Part shown: one piece after another, positions 11,701 through 24,469 of the stretch | How the letters are laid out: each line of letters starts with the position of its first letter | Numbering within the stretch: position 1 is the stretch's first letter | Source: Raillietiella orientalis | Taxonomy: Eukaryota | Assembly (NCBI GenBank): GCA_036172245.1 | Contig: JAYWIR010000006.1 | Location: 2,604,001 to 2,668,000, forward strand | Length of the DNA: 64,000 bases | Reading direction: 5' to 3' | Notes under the pieces: generated by a model | The model's input: only the letters and a program-made list of their open reading frames with translations | Database searches by the model: none | Told to the model about the DNA's origin: nothing | Made by a program: the position numbers and the translations under genes

Positions 11701-12030
11701 ATTGAGGCATTACTAATCTACCAAAAAATATGCATCTGATCATGTGGAGAATTGAAAGCATGTATAACAAATAATTAAATTCAATTCGTGCTAACTTACT
11801 AAATGAAAAACTCCTGTCAAAATTTCCGGGATAAGGCTATGATGGTCTTTCATTTTTTCACAATAGTAATCAACAAGTACATCCAAGTCTTTTTCAGAAA
11901 GATCTAAACATGAACACTCTAAGAATTCTGTAATTTTTTGCAACCCTTTCTGACGTTCACTGAGATCAGTGGAAGTCAACAGATCTTTCAAATCTTCTAA
12001 CAAAAATCTCAATTCTTTTCCAGAATCCAT
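8735..12030 (-). CDS. MMS19: MMS19, cytosolic Fe-S assembly targeting complex HEAT-repeat protein (~926 aa from ATG 12030). Exons 12030-11800, 11717-11573, 11509-11322, 11266-11105, 11056-10849, 10808-10696, 10634-10550, 10511-10322, 10281-9753, 9710-8976, 8929-8735
   Basis: Hand-spliced 2781-nt open frame. Diagnostic motifs YYCEKMKDHH, DGESDPRNL, CYFPIDFKPPQNDNFGITREDLK, WLIKALLMRSHP, PFYKQQAF and the C-terminal DKKRLVRQEAAVARNTWFLVGSPG. An extra 5' exon (~12165-12250, ..KDLGKEIAS) is possible but unresolved. Confidence 0.95.
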
Positions 12031-15000
12031 AACTGATAAACAACGAATTCCTATAACCTAGAGAAAGTCGAGGTCCACGATATAAAGCTCCAAGTTAAAT
12101 TTTGCACCGTTCACCAATGCGACAGGAAGGTGGCAGAAAACGGCCCCCAAAAAACTTTCACATGGATGCAATTTCTTTGCCCAAGTCTTTCACGACAGTA
12201 CTTCCTTTATGCTGACCGTCACCACACGACAAGACGTGCCTATTTTCTTCTGTGGGGCCTCCGGTCCCGTTAGAAGAAGGGAAGACGAAGGAGGGAGCGG
12301 GCGGATGCGCTTCCGCGACCAACTTCGCTCTCCCGCTCTGCTCCCCGAATTCCTTCCTCGGTTTCATGCCACTCAAAATGCCACGCAGCTTGGTGGCATA
12401 AAAAAGGAAAATTTTTGGATGAACGCAATTACTCAGTTTACGAAACGGGAGCGAGTTTTTACATTAGTTCCACAACAGGAAGTGCTCCAGCTGCACGGAT
12501 CCGAGTCTACCCATTTCCGGGGAACCTTTGGAAACTATTCCACGATCGCGATTCTCTTTCTTTCGAAAATCGTTTCTTCTATTGTGGCCTCTTCTTCCTT
12601 CCTTCTTTTGTTTCAAAGAAAATAAATAAAAAGGAAGTCCTTTTTTGTGTGTCGACACAATTTCCCAATGTTTTTTTTTCCTGCGCAGGTGACACCCTGA
12701 GTTGCATAAACGCGACACACGCTAACAAACCTGGGGAATAACGACCAGAAGCTCTTTACTCTCTTTTTTTCCTGAAACAGAATTACCAGTTTTCCCATCG
12801 AACTCCACCCACACAGGGAGGGAAACTGGAACCAGGAGAGGTTTCTCCTTGCTGAACACGGTTTACGAGCAGGTGATTAACTACACTGCACCAAGTAGCC
12901 CATGAATAGCCAGCCCTATTTTTTCAGGAAGACGAACCGCATACTCATCCCATGTGAACTCCATATAAACAGCCAGAGCTCTTCTCAAGATATGCGATTC
13001 TGTTTGAATCCCACGAAATTTTGAACGACTTAAAACATGAATTCACAAACACAAACACCGAGAAATCTTTTAGGATGGCCAAATTTTGCAAACCTTTAGG
13101 ACGGACAGGCATAGTTTTTCAATTCTGAGTGAAGCGCGGAATGACTGCATTCCAATTTTGCTACTATAATCCCAGAAAGCCTTTTTGACATTTGATATCG
13201 CACCGTGAATTAAGAGTGCTTTATTTAGTGCCTGATTTTGTCTCCCATCAAAGTTTATCATCTTCAAAGAAAAAGCAAGCTTGGATATTTCATAGCAACA
13301 AATGAAATCATGCAAAGTAGCATTTAGCCGGTTCGCTTAAAATTAGATATTGTAGAATTAGCATAAGGTAAACCATTATATCCAAAAAGATGCTAAATCT
13401 TCAGAAGAAGATTTTAGAAAACCCAGTTTCAATTTTACTGGACTTCAAGTTTTATTCCGGCACTTCTTGGCACCAGTCTTTAAAAATGATTATTTTCAAA
13501 TTATAGGCGTGCTGAGGAATTGAGCTAAGCTCATTGACGGCCAAATTCTAATGTAAATCTACAAATTCCATTCGAGTTTAGTAGATTAAAATCCTTTGAA
13601 CTTTCTGCGAACACAAGCAATTTGCAAGCTAAATTGAAAGAAGGAAAACGACATCAACATGTTCAATTAAAAATGGCTGCTCTTTGAGCTAAATTGAAAT
13701 AAGAAAATAAAGACCTGCGTTCTAATAAAACATGAAAATTAAAGGAAGAAAGGAGGAAAAAAAAATCCTTGGATGGTTTCTTGGCCAAGTTTCCATGAGT
13801 TGATCCTTTGAACAGCACTCGCACATCTCTCATTCCACTTTCGGAGCTTTCCGAATTCGCCCGAGGCAACTTTGTTCATGATTCTGATTCCTGCTCATTT
13901 AGAGGAAAGAAAACCACTAGCCTAATTGAATTCACAAGTTGCTAAGGTCCCAATTTCGAGAGTCCTTTAGCATTCCACTGCTTTCAAACGGTAAGGATGA
14001 TTCCTCCAACAGCATCTATCCTTGTTTCCAAAACTATAGATGTTTACCGAGTTAGCATCGAGAGAATTTTTTCCAGATCCATATTCCAGATTTCCTTTGT
14101 TCCTTTGTCGCAGTACAAAAGTTTCCATTAACCGCCTACCGGTGCAGCAGCTGCGCGTCTTTTTTTTTTGACCATCCTCTAGATGCTTGGTCCCTTTGCC
14201 GAATCGGGGATTGTAAATACAGACTGCTTCATGGCAATCTCCGCTTCACAGATGCCACAGATGTTTATTTATTTACGCCAATCTCTTCTTTTTTTTTCTC
14301 CTTTGTGCACTGACGTACAACATGTGCAAATAAGCATGTTTCCAAAGCCGAAGGCTTCACCTAGGGTAGAGGCGAAGGGGATCGTGGTTACTGCTGCACT
14401 TTTGATTTTCCGCGAGCGAAACGCAAGCTGGTCTCAGCCCACGTGACCATAAGATACGAGGAGCAAAAACGGGGACCGTGCATCGGCGAACTGGCAAGCA
14501 AAGATGAGTGTAGCTTCAGATGCGCTCTCGTGGGTCGCCCTTCCCAGCAACGGGAGTGTGGCTGCAAAGGCAACATTCCCCGTAACTAAGTCAACAGTCA
14601 CGTCGTTGTTTTCCATCCGATCGAGTCGATAGGGATCCCGGGAGAGATGCCGTACTCATTCGTGAACCGTCGGTAAAGATTCTTCCTTTATACGCATCGC
14701 TGGAGGAATCCTGAGCGGTTCCCATTTCAGACTCTTCAGGGACAACGAGGAAGCGGAGACCGCAGATAAGGCGGATGGCCGAGAGGCGCCCAGAGACGTG
14801 CCAGTCCCGTCCTGCAGCTGTGTGGCTGCCCGCGTCGAGTGGAGAGGAGGGCGAATTCTCGGGAGGGCAAGATTCTTCGCGCGTTGTGGAGCAGCAGCGG
14901 CCTGCGGAATGACGTGAAGAGGGGCGTTCTGTGAAGGAGGTTTTGATCTCGTCCTCCCGCAGGAGATATGCAGAATCCTTACGCAGACGGTTCGAACGCT

Positions 15001-15149
15001 TCCCGAGAGCAGCCCTTGGGATGAAGTGCAGGATCTCGCCCCCTCTCGAGGCAGGCAATGTGGGAGAGTCCGTTTCCATAAGGGCGGGAAGATTGTGACC
15101 AATTGGTCCCACAAGATCGACCTTGTCGCAAAGAACGTTTGCGCACGCT

Positions 15150-16438
15150 TCATTTTCCAGCCGAACAGGAAGAGGGTGAAGTTCCATGAGGTGCTGCGGC
15201 GGGGCTGCACTCGGGGGCCACCCGCCTTATAGGAAGGGAAATTCTACTCCCGCTTCCTCTCATATCCCTCAGTCTAGACCCCAAAGCAAGTGGGATGCAC
15301 CTAATGATGCACGCTACCGACCTCTTGGCAGATGGATCAGAGGAAGCAGACTGCATGCACCATGTGTTCCTTGATGTCCACTTATGTTTGTGGTAAGGAT
15401 GGCGAAAACTGATGCTGTGTGCCTTGATGGACTCCAGGATTGAACTGGAACCGTTTCCACCGAGAATTTCCAACAAAAGACAAAGATTTGGAGGATGGAA
15501 GTCCGGTAGAAACTGAGCGCTCACCTGGAGAGCCGCTCCGCCCACACAGGGAGACCTCAGAGTTGCCTGAGTGTGCGTCTCCTCTGAGAGTGGCATCCTT
15601 CGCATTTTCTCCCGGCAGGCTTGGCCTAAGGAAAGGCGTGCGCGAAGTCGCCTTGCAGGCCCGCTCCAGAAGCAGTTGCAAACCTGGCCAGTGTGTCTGC
15701 TGCACTACGAGGGCCAGGTGTACACCTTGCCCAAACACGTACGCCGCATGGTGCGCCAGCATCAATCCCAGCTGCACGTGAGCGCTCCTGCCAGCGGAGA
15801 CCGTGCCACTCAGCTCGCCGAGGCCACCAAGCAAAACTGTCCACCTTCTACGATCAGCTCGTCGTCGGCTTGATGGACCTTTCACGATCAGAGAGATCCC
15901 TGAAACTACCGGAGGGCTCGCAGGCAGGACTGCTTTAGATGCACGTGGACCTCCTGAAGACGCTCGCCAGCGGAATGCGGTGGGACTGGCTCCGGCGAAG
16001 CATCAACCAGCCCTGCTGATTCTCGAGACAGGCGGGCCTTGAGGCGGGGTTCTCCTACTGCTGAAGCAGGGTGACCCGCGTCGCGTCACTCTCGAGGACG
16101 CCAAGCTGCTCTCCGAGGCGCGGGGCGTGAGACTAGAGACACAGACGGAGGAACCTTGTGGGCCTGGGTCAGACCGTGGATGCCGAGCTCAGGCTGGAGA
16201 GAGAAGTGTACGCGGTGCTTCCAGAAAAAGCGGATTCCGCCCGAACACGGAGCTCCCGGCTGCGGCTGCTGCAGTTCCGCAGAAGGCTTTCGAGTGTGTC
16301 CGTCAGGGGTGCCGAGAACTCGCGCCGCTGGCACCGTCTGTTTGTCCAGGCGAATTTCTCAGCCACCTGCGATCTGTGCTCTTCACGGAGCGAAGACTTC
16401 CCCTTTTCGGCGGTTCGTCCCGCCCAAGGCACCGAGGA
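15150..16438 (+). mobile_element. Decayed L1/Tx1-like element: ORF1 remnant followed by a probable ORF2 C-terminal fragment
   Basis: GRLGLRKGVREV and LHYEGQVYT resemble the Tx1/L1 ORF1 pattern G.R.V...Y.GQP.TC. Cys-rich zf-RVT-like fragments lie at ~16200-16390. Confidence 0.45.
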
Positions 16439-16590
16439 TTCACACCCAGTTGAGCCGGGGCAACTTACAAGGGAAGTAACGGCAGGAACATCGGTTCAGG
16501 GTCACCTGGGAACGTGCCGAGACACCAGCAAGACAGCCTCTTCAGCAGAGGGGAATGCAGCAGACAAAAAGGAAGCAGAATGAAATCCAT
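15950..16590 (+). repeat. Direct duplicate of 45443-46110; includes a minus-strand LINE 3' end at 16439-16590
   Basis: Near-identical sequence and near-identical spurious ORFs. This copy has a 21-nt deletion near 16185. Confidence 0.92.
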
Positions 16591-18249
16591 TTCTTTTGTT
16601 CTGAATAAATGGCATGGCAACCTGGAGCGAGGTGACGCCGAAACGTTTATCTGAATAAACGTTTTGAATTACAGAAACGTAATCAGGGATCAAGCCGGCT
16701 CGCAGTTCGGCACCGTGCAAGAAAAAAAATGGCCACAGCACGTGAGAGATGAGGGAGGAAACAGGATAAAGAGAAAAAAAGGAAGAAAACTTGTCCGAAG
16801 TATATGAATGAATAAGAAAAAAAAAGAAAAATCAACAAATGAGGACCTAACTGCACCGAAATTTGGAAAGCGGTGGGAAGAAAGCTTCGCCAGGCGACTG
16901 TCTCGCGTTCTTTCTTATAGCTTGCTTGCGCACTGCAGAAGCCGTCATGCACACCTCTTCGGGTCTTCTTCCCTGGCTATCTTTTGCCACCCGGCAAGAG
17001 CGGAAGCATTGACCAAGACGGGAAAAGAGGAGAATCTCACCTTTCTCCTTTTCCGTTTCTGTCAGCATAGCCGTCCCAGAGTCTTCCGTGGGAGAGTTTC
17101 ATCCCCCGAGAAGCATGGAACTGTCGCCGCTGAAGTTTGGTCTGCCCAGGAGGAGCAACGTGCCTCCTGCTTCCTGCTGCTAGGCCTTCCCAATCAGTGG
17201 AAGGCAAGATGGCCTCCGGTAGCACTGTTATCACTCGAAGCAGGCGACGCAGGCCTCGCTCGCGCCTTAAGGAGAAGGAGGGGGCGAGTCCTTCGCCGGT
17301 ACTCAGGCAGGAATGCACCAGTGGGCGCTGAGAAGCCTCCAGAACGACACAGCGAACTTGCGTTTGTTAGTTTAGAGGAGAGCAAGTTTGGGTCCTGGAG
17401 CCTTCTTCCTTCCTTTGACGGGAATTTCCTCCTCTTGTGCTGCAAGCGCGTCCACCAGATGGGTGCAAGACTGTTTCTGGAAGCTCCCGTCACCCTGAGG
17501 AGTCCCCCCCTTGCATCATGGTCCTCCTCAAGCAGCTCAAGATGGCCACGCCGACTCGACGCCATCACGAGTCCTTCCGGGAGAACAGAATAGGGACGGC
17601 GAGTGGCCTCCGTGCCGAGAGGAAGAGGATGGATGCGTTCTCCGGTCTCCAGGGCCATTGGCGGCAGCTCACCACCGCGGTTCGAAATGAAGCGGCGTGT
17701 CCCCGGGGATTCTCGAGGACGCATCCATGAACGACTTAGTTCACGGAACGTTCGACTATCGATCGGGAAGCGGGTCCTGCCAGCGCTGGTAATTTATCGG
17801 AACTACCAACGGTTACTCGAGGAGAACTTTGCCGCTCTTCCCGGGAGTCTTCCTCTCTGGGCGTCTCCATCCATCTCTCTTCTGGCGCTCAGAGAGCATG
17901 AGACACACACGCGCGTACGCACACGCAACGAGCACGTACTCGCGACCATGGTGTTCTTTTTTTTTTCCCGAAGAGACTGACTCTGCGTCTCGTCCCTTCC
18001 GAGGTTTCTAGAGAACAGAAGGCACGGCAACGACACGCCAGCATCGCGGAAGCACATCGACGCCGGAGCTGAGAGCGCCTGTCGAATTCATCTCGGGCAT
18101 CTTCTAACGGTGGGCCATCTGCTCCCGTTAGTGTCGAGGATGTAGCGAGCACCCCTGGGAAAGATTCCGACACGATAGGAGCATCCAAGGAGATGAGCGC
18201 TGGACTCTGGGAAGGCGACTGCTCAGCGACGGAAGGAGGAAGATTACCA

Positions 18250-20085
18250 CTGGCCTATCTTTGACTTAAGCCTCTTCAGCCGAGTGCTGTCGAATGGAAC
18301 CTCCTCTTCTCGTAAACCCGGATTCAGGTGGTGGCTGCCAAATCTCTGAGGAGGAATCGCATCGCTTCCCCTCTTTACGGTGGGTGCGATGTTGATGATG
18401 ACTTTTGGCTAAACTGCAGGCGGCGAGCGCACAAAATGCTCAGCAGCTTCCTGCAGCTATGCAAATTCCTGCACCCTTAACGTGCAGCCGCTACGGGAGC
18501 CGATTCCTAATCAGAGAATTCGGAGAGAAAAAGGACCAGGACTCAGATGGTTCGCTCGAGGACTTCAGACCTCCGGAGGGGAGTTCTCAGAAAAGCTGGG
18601 AAAGGGGGCTGTGGCTCGCGTGAGGCCTCGCATTCCTCCTTCCTTCCCCCGATCGTTTCTTCCAGCACCTCCTCGCAATCGAGGTAAATTGAGATGTCGG
18701 AGCACGCAGCGATATTCTTGAAAAAAATCCCAAGAACAAGCACTTTCCCTTCCTTCTCATTCTTTCTCTCCTCGGACCGTTCCCTCCGACGCACCATTCC
18801 CGAGAACCTCCGAACCTTCTCGGGTGCTATGCGTCGTGGAAGAGCTTAAGAGCGAGGGGGTGAAGAGCTGGTTGCAGCTTATGAAGCCTGGTCATTGCGC
18901 ATGTATTCAAAGGGTTCCAGGAAGAAGAGGGGACGAGCAAGTGATGCATCGCTTGCATTCATCAAGGTCAAGCGCCGCGTTTGTCTCCACCCTCCTCAGG
19001 GAAGCACACAGAAAGATGCAGTTTTCGCAGATTAAGTGGGCGCGAGATCGAGGCCTATTGAATTCATCGATCGGCGAGTCCACGACCTCTCGGGCACTCC
19101 CGGTGACATGGCTGTTCGCTATCCGGTTGGTAGCCCCTGGACATGTTCGTGGCCCCGAGATGTTCCATCTTTTGCGGAAATTCCCGTTGCGGAGAGCAAG
19201 ATTTGGTGATTCCGGCGGGAACGCAGAACGGAGCATCAGACGGCGGCCTCCTGGACGCTGGCTCGAATCGAGCTCCTGTCCAGAGCAAGAGATGTACCGT
19301 ATCCAAGCGCGGAGGAACACGAGTATCAAAACCAAAGATGGAAACTTTTTTTTTCCCTGATGAGAACCGATTCGCGTTTTTCTCCCTCATTCCTTCGAGT
19401 TCAGGCTTCGTTCTCTGTTCCAAAACTTGCCTGTATTTCCCAACGGCTCTTTCCAGCGAGCATTCAGTCCGTACGTTCGGTTGATCGCACAAACTGAACG
19501 CTGTTTTTTTTTTTTTTTGCCATCCACGCTGGACGTAACGTTCTGCGGATGTTTTTCCAGCGCGGAAACGACCGCGGTCCTCATTCGGTAGATCAGCCCG
19601 AACCCTCCAGCCACCCTCATCCAAGATTAGAGGTAGCAATACGCATTAGGTAGCAGACGAGTAACTGGAGTAGGTGGCGACTGGGTGCTGCGTGTGCATC
19701 TTCCTTCCCGCTCACACCAGAATCGCTTAGCGAACCGCGGAGAGCAGCCATTTTGTTGCGACGGGGTGCAGGTTGCACGCAACCCACGGGGGCACCAACA
19801 ACCACGTGGACACTCGCTCACCAAGTGCCCACTTTGTTCTTTTGCTTACTTCCCACTAGCCAAAAAGAAACGCAACGCTTTCGAATTCACGTCATCCTGG
19901 TTGTTTTCAGGACTTCCCCTCTAGAAGGTTCTCCGAGGTGGTCGCAAACGCTTTTCTTCTTCCTCCGATGGCTTCCTTTGCAAAATGTAGAAGTGTTATC
20001 ACACAAAAGCTTAGAATCCCAATACGTCTAGAAATAATAGGTGTGATCGTTTGTGAACTGTTCTCTCTCTTTCTCTCTCTCTCTC

Positions 20086-20118
<33 letters not shown>

Positions 20119-21150
20119 TTATGTCTAGGAATACGTCAACGTGCACTCGTGATTTTTTGCTAAACATTTATTTCCCAAGCTGTGGGATGTTTCCAACAAA
20201 GAGAAGCATCAAGTCTGTGCTTTTCAAAATTATGAGTGCAATTACAAATGTGTGCTCTGGAGAAGATTCAGATCACTTTCATATAAATGGGGATTGGGAT
20301 TCTGAACCCTTTATACACAAGCATAACCATCCGTCTCGCGGACCTATTCTTTCTTTTTCTCGTTCATCTTGATCCGGCTCGCTCCACTCGTGAAACCGCC
20401 TCATCCTATAGAGGTCGGAGACCTTCTATCGCAGAAGTGGTGAGCAGCCCATTCGGTCTCAACTGGTGGCAGGTTGTGAGTTGCCCGTCTTGGAGAAGAC
20501 CGGCTAGCGGATGGAGGATAAATTGCTCTTGCAAATTCCAGTTCAGAGTCAAGTAATTGGGAACATTTGGGGATCATCAACTCCATTTAACTTCAAGTTC
20601 ATCGTCAGGAATGCGTAGGGAAAGATAATTGCGTTATACTCATTTGGTTGCGTACACATATTCGTCTTTGCCCATAGCCCCGAGACTCTTGTCTAATGTA
20701 ATTACCTAACACAAGGCCAAAAATTTATATTTGTTGTGTTCTTCCTCTAGGCGCTTCCCTCTTGCTTTGTGAGGCCATCCACTGGGGACCTGGCTGCAAC
20801 CGTAAGAGTTCGCATTTCTGGTCCCTGCCTCGGCACGTCGGGAAAACTTGCAGCGAAACGCGCTCGCGTGAACTTTGGAGGGAAGCGTGCTAGCACGCAT
20901 TTGATATGCGGGTCATGAGTTCACCGTTTCCATGCATCGTGGGTATTTTCTCCCTTTCCTTCTTTCGCTTTTTTCCCTCTGTGTTTCCGCTGTTTCCACT
21001 AGCAAATCGAGCACTTTGATTGCAACCCGGAGCACTAATCCAATTTCAATGGTCATTAAAAACATGACGCCCGTAATTTGCAGTTGTTTCCTCAAGGCGT
21101 ACAAGTCCATTTTTCAAGAACGAGAGTTTTCGGGGCCCGTTTTAGGTAGG
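18250..21150 (-). pseudogene. Decayed L1/Tx1 ORF2: APE endonuclease (~20300-21130) and reverse transcriptase (~18250-19350) remnants
   Basis: Degenerate motifs in the expected order: DLYAL/EET (D..LQET), NFRKRWNISGP (EFY..W..IGP), RPRSRAHLICEN (GRSI.DN), AALDLDECK (LD.EKAFD), RPGFISC (GP.FI.W). Heavily frameshifted. Confidence 0.55.
20062..20118. repeat. Compound (TC)n(TA)n(TG)n microsatellite
   Basis: Read directly from the sequence. Confidence 0.95.
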
Positions 21151-21949
21151 GTCTAATAAATAAGACACTTTAATTATGCCGAAACGAGTTCGTAATCCGG
21201 GAAGGCGCGGGAAAATCACAGCCTCTGCCAGCCGCTTGCGTTTCGACTGGGGGTTCCAACTCTGACGTGGATGAGTCAATGGTCGGTGCATGGATCGGAC
21301 ACGGAACAGGTTGCCGAGATTTGTGGCCATTGAGAAGGAGGGAACAGGGAGGAAGGAGAATTCCGGGACTGCATTGAGACGTGGGGGACGCGTCGCGGGG
21401 AGCGGAGTTACAACGCGTCTCGACGCGAGTCAGGAGAAGAGGAGGACAGTGGGGAAAGCTCCAGCAGGCAGAGGATTTTGATCTGCCGTCATAAAAAGAA
21501 GAGAAAAGGGAGAAGTTCGCAGGCAGGGCGGAGATGGGGAACGCTCCAGAAAATCCAGCTACCAGAGCAACGGGAGCCCGATAGGTGCCTCTTTGCTGTC
21601 GTATATTTTTGGCGCGTGATCTATGGGTGTCAACCTGTGCTAACTTTCAAGCATTGAAGAAGAGGGTGCATTTTCGAGGGGCACACTGGTACCTGCAAAC
21701 CCGAAAGTCCGAATCGAGATAAGGCATTTTCAAAATGGCGGCTGCGTTCAGAGTCGACGGAAGACCGCTCGACTGCACTTCCTCCGCGTTTGCCCAGGCC
21801 CCATCAAGTGCAGAAAGAGATGAGATGGAGCTGGCAAAAGAAAATGTCAACCACGAGTGAGGAAAGTTCCACGGCTTGATCATCTGATTCAGCGTATCAG
21901 TGATATCAGGAACGAGATGGCGTAGGTTGAAGGATACGTTTGAAATGAT

Positions 21950-23342
21950 AGAACCAGGCAAATACCTTCATCTAGGTCTTTAAGGCTGTACTATTTCTTG
22001 TAGGGACATCCTTGGAAACTTCTCCAACGCCTTTTTATCAAGAGACGCGCGCTGCTTTAAAAGCAGCTTTCTTATGCAGAAGGCGTCGTCGGCAGTCGTC
22101 AGCTCTCTTTCACCAAAACCAAACATCCCTTGGACCGTTCTACGAAAAGTACTGGTTAGCAGCTGTTGGCATCCCTGCTTGGAAGAGTGGAGGCATCTCT
22201 TTTACGGGCGAGTTAAGATTCTTGTACTGCCAATCTCCCTTGAGTAGGATTCCAAGCCATTGGAGATGACTAAACCGGGAGGGCAGAGTGTCTTCGGCGC
22301 ACCCATCTTTTGCTAGGAGAAGAACCCACAATCCATCAAGATTTCAACCTTGGCTACGATCATTCCGGAGATTTGTGTCTAGAAGATCAAATCCGTTCCG
22401 GCTACCTACATTCTATAAACCACCAAGCGCGGATCTACGAAGTCAAAACTACCAGAAGACGACGCACTTTGGGCCCCTCAGATCACCGAAATGCAACACA
22501 TCGGACTGAGCAGTGCCATGGCGCAAATTCTCCGCGTCGAACGAAGGCTGTGGGTTCGAATCCCAGAGGATGCACTCTCCCGACAGAAGCTGTGCCTCAA
22601 CCAGAAGCGACAGATGCTACCACACCAAGTGTCACTCTAAAAGGACTGCTACGCTGGGGGGAGCTACTAGAAATTCTTCTGGAGGAGATGCAGTGGCCCC
22701 CAGTGGGCTGAAACAGTGCGACCCTCCCCCTAAAGTGGCAGTAGTCGACGAACGTTCTGTTGCATTGGGCCTCCCTTGCAACATCCACCATTGGACCGGG
22801 GGGTGTGCGAGCACCAGCTGCTGCAGGTGTAGCGAAAGAGAGTTCCTCCCACACCTGATCGTGGATTTTGTTGCCTTCCGCTCCCTGTGAGAACTCTTTG
22901 CCGCGTCCCTGCGGATCCCCGAGGACAACCCCAGAGCGCTTCTTCCTGAGCGACGCCCTCACGCCAGCCGCATCCCCAGCAGCATTTTGCTGCCCACGCA
23001 GCGGGACCGTGGCTGCAAGGAGCAACTCCAGAGGATGAGGATGGCAGAATAACGGTTTCCATCTGGGAACCTGGAAACAGGAACTTGCTGGCACCCTGCA
23101 TAGGATGCAGAGGACACCCTCCAGCACCCAGTGATCTCTTCCAATTTCTTTTGTATACATTTTTCTTTTTTTTGTTTGCCCGCCCTCCCCCCTTTCCTCT
23201 TCCCCTCTGCTGCCGAGGCAGACTTCGCCGGCCTGCGCGCCGGTTCCCGGCAGGCTTCTATTGCTACACTTGTGGCGTGGCAGGACCAGGAATCCTATCT
23301 TTATTTTATATAAATCAACGCCCCTGCGCAACCGGGTGTCAA
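21950..23342 (+). mobile_element. L1/Tx1-like LINE 3' portion (ORF2 C-terminus with zf-RVT and 3' UTR)
   Basis: PFYQETRAAL, WKSGGISFTGEL and PPKVAV..LGLP..SCCRCSEREFLPHLIVDF match the zf-RVT C-x2-C..E..H..C pattern. The 3' UTR is shared with other copies and ends ccgggtgtcaa. Confidence 0.75.
22510..22610 (+). mobile_element. Fragment of tRNA-derived SINE-like family B nested in the LINE
   Basis: tggcgcaa (A-box-like), GGTTCGAATCC at 22553-22563, then cagaagctgtgcctcaaccagaagcg, matching 28905-28932. Confidence 0.6.
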
Positions 23343-24469
23343 ACCAGGAGTGACTTCCACAGCGAGGAAGGTGGAGGGGTTGAGGAAACGGTGGATGCCT
23401 TGGGAGGGGTGAGGACCTCGAGTGCTGACATAGGAACCATATCATGGGAAGCGACGTTCGGCACGGCCTCCAGGACACCCACTAGACGCACCTCGCACGA
23501 CCGCGCGGGGTTCCGCAGTGCGACCGAGTCGTCGGCGGCCGTGGCCACTCCCGGGCCGGCGCGCATGGCGTTGCGGCGAGAGAAGACCCCTCCTTCCGCG
23601 CCGAGCAAGAAGGGGGGGAGATCACGGGTCCGAATCTCTGCAAGTATATGTGTCATCCTCCTCTATCCCTTTGCCTCAAGAAAGGGACGCTGTCCTCTCT
23701 CTAGCGGCGCTGCTCATAGCATGGCAACCCTCCACCGATGCAGAGGAGGCAGTGGGGAAGACGCGGAAGCTTCGGAAGATTCCCCTCCCCCTTCGTGTTT
23801 CTTGGCGCGATGCCGAACCTCCTAATGGAAAACAGAGCTGCGTGCACCAACAAATGCGTGGAAATCCGGGGACTGATGTGATGGGTGCTATCTCAAGAAT
23901 GAAAACCCAGAGTTGCTTACAAACAGAAGGCGCAAACAGCTGAAGGAGTCTGTGAGGAGGGAGGTTTTCGTTCGAAGCTCCGCCCGAGGCTCTCACCACG
24001 CTTCCGCTGCAGGGAGGATCCGCTCCGAGGCGGTACCGCGGCATGGGGTCTTTCGGGAAGGTGCCGCTTAGCCTGGTAAGAAGATACTCGGAACAACCAG
24101 CTCCTAGCCGAGGACGTGCGGCAAGTCCCGGACAGGACTGCGGCCGAGATCCACTTCGCAGAGTTGCCGTTTCTTCCTGGCGTGGATCCGAAGGCAACGA
24201 TGCATGTGCTCACTGCCTTTTTTTTGTTTTTGTTTTTTCCTTTTAAAGCGTGAAACGAACCGGATGTTTCCCTTTGCCTGCCTGCAGCCGTCACTCCTTC
24301 CTCGTTCTGCCGGACTCCAGCTTCCGCACTAGCTTCTGTGCGCCTGCGGAGGGGCCGCTGGCTCCTCGTTTCCGTGCATCCGGAAGAACCACGCGTGCCG
24401 CCTTCGCTCCTCCGCTTCTGCCCTCGCGGAGTCCGCACGCCCTGCGCCCTCCGTCGGCCCTCTGCAGCA

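Noticed and set aside
12790..14140. tRNA-like fragment (12790-12900, minus strand) and possible MITE remnants in the AT-rich DNA upstream of MMS19
   Set aside because: A- and B-box spacing is wrong, and no paired termini or second copy were found in the window.
15954..15977. CTGAAGA-CGCT-cgcc-AGCG-GAAT hammerhead-like core (also at ~45445)
   Set aside because: GAAT instead of GAAA, and stems I and III could not be formed.
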